A stretch of 60,865 nt of DNA from Dehalococcoidia bacterium. GTDB taxonomy: Bacteria; Chloroflexota; Dehalococcoidia; Lucifugimonadales; UBA3495. Numbering within the stretch: position 1 is the stretch's first letter; every line of letters starts with the position of its first letter. The notes beneath the pieces were generated by a model that worked only from the letters and a program-made list of their open reading frames with translations, did no database searches and had not been told where the DNA came from. Made by a program: the position numbers and the translations under genes. This document shows, in pieces, positions 60,776-60,865 of the stretch. The stretch spans positions 1 to 60,865 of the forward strand of contig JASLXV010000093.1 in the NCBI GenBank assembly GCA_030740155.1. Direction: 5' to 3'.

Positions 60776-60865
60776 CTTTTCTAGACACGCATTTCAGCTT
60801 TTTTCTAAATCTACTCAATTCCTCATTCGGTTTTCACAAGATTCTTCACAAGATTGGCTGAGTTT

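Overview
A GC-rich bacterial chromosomal segment. Gene content, the yceD-rpmF-fabD-nusB-acpP order and the palindromic repeat families suggest Chloroflexota, probably Dehalococcoidia/SAR202-like; this is an inference. Housekeeping genes include serA, a B12-dependent methylmalonyl-CoA mutase cluster, rpmF, fabD, nusB, acpP, udg, rnj, ftsK, holA, glmS, thrB, lysC, speD, speE, acs, tRNA-Gly and tRNA-Val. Catabolic and accessory genes include paired CoA-transferases and MaoC dehydratases, four MFS transporters and a PhnA-like hydrolase. The most notable features are: (1) a 687-aa ORF fusing a DapA-family aldolase, an MfnB-like furan synthase and a TusA-like Cys domain; (2) a DUF3179 selenoprotein that the ORF track splits at an in-frame UGA (UxxC) followed by a SECIS-like hairpin, next to a deiodinase-like thioredoxin-fold protein; (3) an orphan archaellum FlaF/FlaG-like gene; (4) an unassigned, highly paired RNA-like element of about 190 nt behind a -10 box; (5) several broken or truncated genes (FAD oxidoreductase, CcdA half, PilB/GspE N-terminus, IS3 remnant). 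All protein calls come from recognising motifs by eye; no database search was run.
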